From an uncultured Methanoregulaceae archaeon (GTDB taxonomy: Archaea > Halobacteriota > Methanomicrobia > Methanomicrobiales > Methanospirillaceae): a stretch of 64,000 nucleotides of DNA. Location of the stretch: NCBI GenBank assembly GCA_963705255.1, contig OY970061.1, positions 1,984,001 to 2,048,000 of the forward strand, in the 5' to 3' direction. Each line of letters opens with the position of its first letter. Within the stretch, counting starts at the first letter, position 1. The notes beneath the pieces are model-generated. The model saw only the letters and a list, made by a program, of their open reading frames with translations. It was not told the origin of the DNA and searched no databases. This document shows, one piece after another, positions 62,183 through 64,000 of this stretch. A program made the position numbers and the translations under genes.

Positions 62183-64000
62183 ATGCTCCAGAGGATGAAA
62201 CGAATCCAGGTTATCGGGCCAAGGGAAGATCTCAACCGGGCAGTCGATGTGTTGTACAATGCCGGCACCGTTCATCTCGAAGATGCACCGTCGCTGATCT
62301 CCCCGGATGAAATTCCCCTCACCCCGGTGAAACTGGAGACGGTGAATGATATCTCCGAGGTCCTGGGCAAGATCAACGGGATATTTGGTACATTGCCCAG
62401 GACTGCCGACGATCCGGAAGGCCAGCAGACGGTCCGTGCGTCCTTGGAGAACAAGAGCCACGAAGAGCTCATAGCGAAGGCACGGGACATCATCCGCGAG
62501 CTCGAAACAACTACGCGCGACCTGACGGCAAAAAAAAGCGAACTCACGCTCTCGATCACCGCACTGAACCGGTATGCCCGGGTCCTTGAGATCATCCAGC
62601 CGGTAGAAAAAGAACTGCCGCTGCTCGAAGGGTTCGAGATTACCATCTTACTCATCCAGAAAGAACACAGCGAAGTCCTGGAGATCATACGAAAAGAACT
62701 CAACACGCTTACCCACGACCAGTTCGAGATGACCTCTACCACGGTCGATGCCGATACGCTTGCGGCCATCATGGTCTTCAACCGGCGGTACTCCGAGCAG
62801 GTCCACTCGTTTATTTATTCGGTCAATGTGAACGAAGTGCGGCTGCCACAGGAATATTCGGGAAGGCCTTTTTACGAGATGTTCGCCCTCATCGGGGAGA
62901 GCAAACTACGGGCACAGGAGGATATCAGAAAAATTGATGAACAGCTCCTCGCCCTTGCCTCAGTCTGGTACCAGGAACTGGTAGTGCTGAAAAAGCGCCT
63001 TGAGGACATCAACGGGGAACTGGGAGCATACCGGAACTTCGGGTTGTCCGAGTAACATCTTTGTTATCATGGGCTGGATCCCAAAAAAATACCTGCAGCG
63101 CACCCGGCTGGCGGTCAGGGAAGTCTTTGGCGAGCGGGTCGCCGTCATCGAACTGGACCCGAGCGGAAAAGAGATGGAGAAGGCCCCGGTCTTTTACGAT
63201 AACCCGTGGTGGGTAAAACCCTTCGAGTTTATCATGCAGCTCGTCTCCCCGCCCCGGTACCGGGAGGTGGACCCGTCCCCGATCCTCGCGATCTTTTTCC
63301 CGATCTTTTTTGGTATGATGGTCGGTGATATCGGGTACGGACTTATCATATTCTTCTTTGCCCTGGCTCTTAAAAACCGGTTCAAGAAAATGGATTTTAT
63401 CGTCAGTCTCTCCGGTATCCTCATGATCTCTTCGATCCCCACCATCATCTTCGGGTTCCTGTACGGGGAATTTTTCGGGGATTTCGGGGAATCCCTGGGC
63501 TGGCTCCACCCGGTCACGTTCCTTGGGATAACCTGGAACCGTACAGAGGCGGTGATCCCCATGCTCCTCTTTGCCATTACCGTCGGGGTCATTCATGTTC
63601 TGTTAGGGCTGGTCATCGGGATCCGGAATGCCGTGATCACCAAAAGCAGGAAGCACCTTTGTGAAAAATGCGGCATGCTTTTCATGATCATCGCGATCAT
63701 CGCCCTCATCCTGGTGCTTGGCGGATTTATCCCGCAGGGGGGCATGTACCCGGCGGTACTGTTGATCGTTGTCGCCCTGCCACTCATCATCTACGGCGCC
63801 GGTGTGTTCGGCACCATCGAGATCATGAGTACCGTGGGAAACATCCTCTCGTACGCGCGGCTGATGGCGATCGGCATGGCCTCGGTCATCCTTGCCATGG
63901 TTGCCAACCAGCTCGGCGGGGCGCTCGGGTTCGTGATTATCGGTGTCATCGTGGCGATCCTGCTGCATGCGCTCAACATCGTGCTGGCCATGTTCAGCCC
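62183..64000 (+). CDS. atpI: A/V-type ATPase subunit I (a), runs off the window; indel near 63053
   Basis: MKRIQVIG...GTVHLE; after one extra base YIFVIMGWIP...PRYREVDP...FFGMMVGDIGYG...NILSYARLMA. Confidence 0.9.

Noticed and set aside
1-64000. CRISPR array, cas genes, rRNA or integrase
   Set aside because: No regularly spaced repeat-spacer array, rRNA-like tract or recombinase motifs were seen

Overview
Archaeal chromosomal DNA, most consistent with a Methanomicrobiales (Methanoregula-like) methanogen: it encodes PolD large subunit, aIF-1A, A/V-type ATPase subunits and archaeal class III pilin signals. The left ~16 kb holds surface-glycosylation and housekeeping genes. The right ~9 kb holds tRNA-Leu(CAA), intein-containing polC and the start of an A/V-ATPase operon. 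Between them (~16.2-55 kb) lies a ~39 kb block that interleaves a dispersed type IV pilus machine (ATPase, two TadB/C-type platform proteins, a FlaH/KaiC-like protein, a large pilin-adhesin, PKD proteins) with phosphate-acquisition genes (two pst clusters, PhoU, an AbrB-PhoU regulator, SixA, two PHP proteins, an ArsC-like protein). The most notable feature is a PstS phosphate-binding protein whose N-terminus is a type IV pilin/archaellin signal and helix. It is co-transcribed with PstC and a PstA carrying an extra extracellular domain, which suggests a phosphate-capturing pilus ('phosphate bindosome'). Most intergenic regions of the block share an (A/C)TATAG motif, and the block lies between an intact tRNA-Leu and a decayed tRNA-Leu 3' half. 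About 14 single-base indels break otherwise intact genes and are probably sequencing errors, so several fusions are reconstructed across frameshifts. All family calls come from motif recognition by eye; no searches were run.
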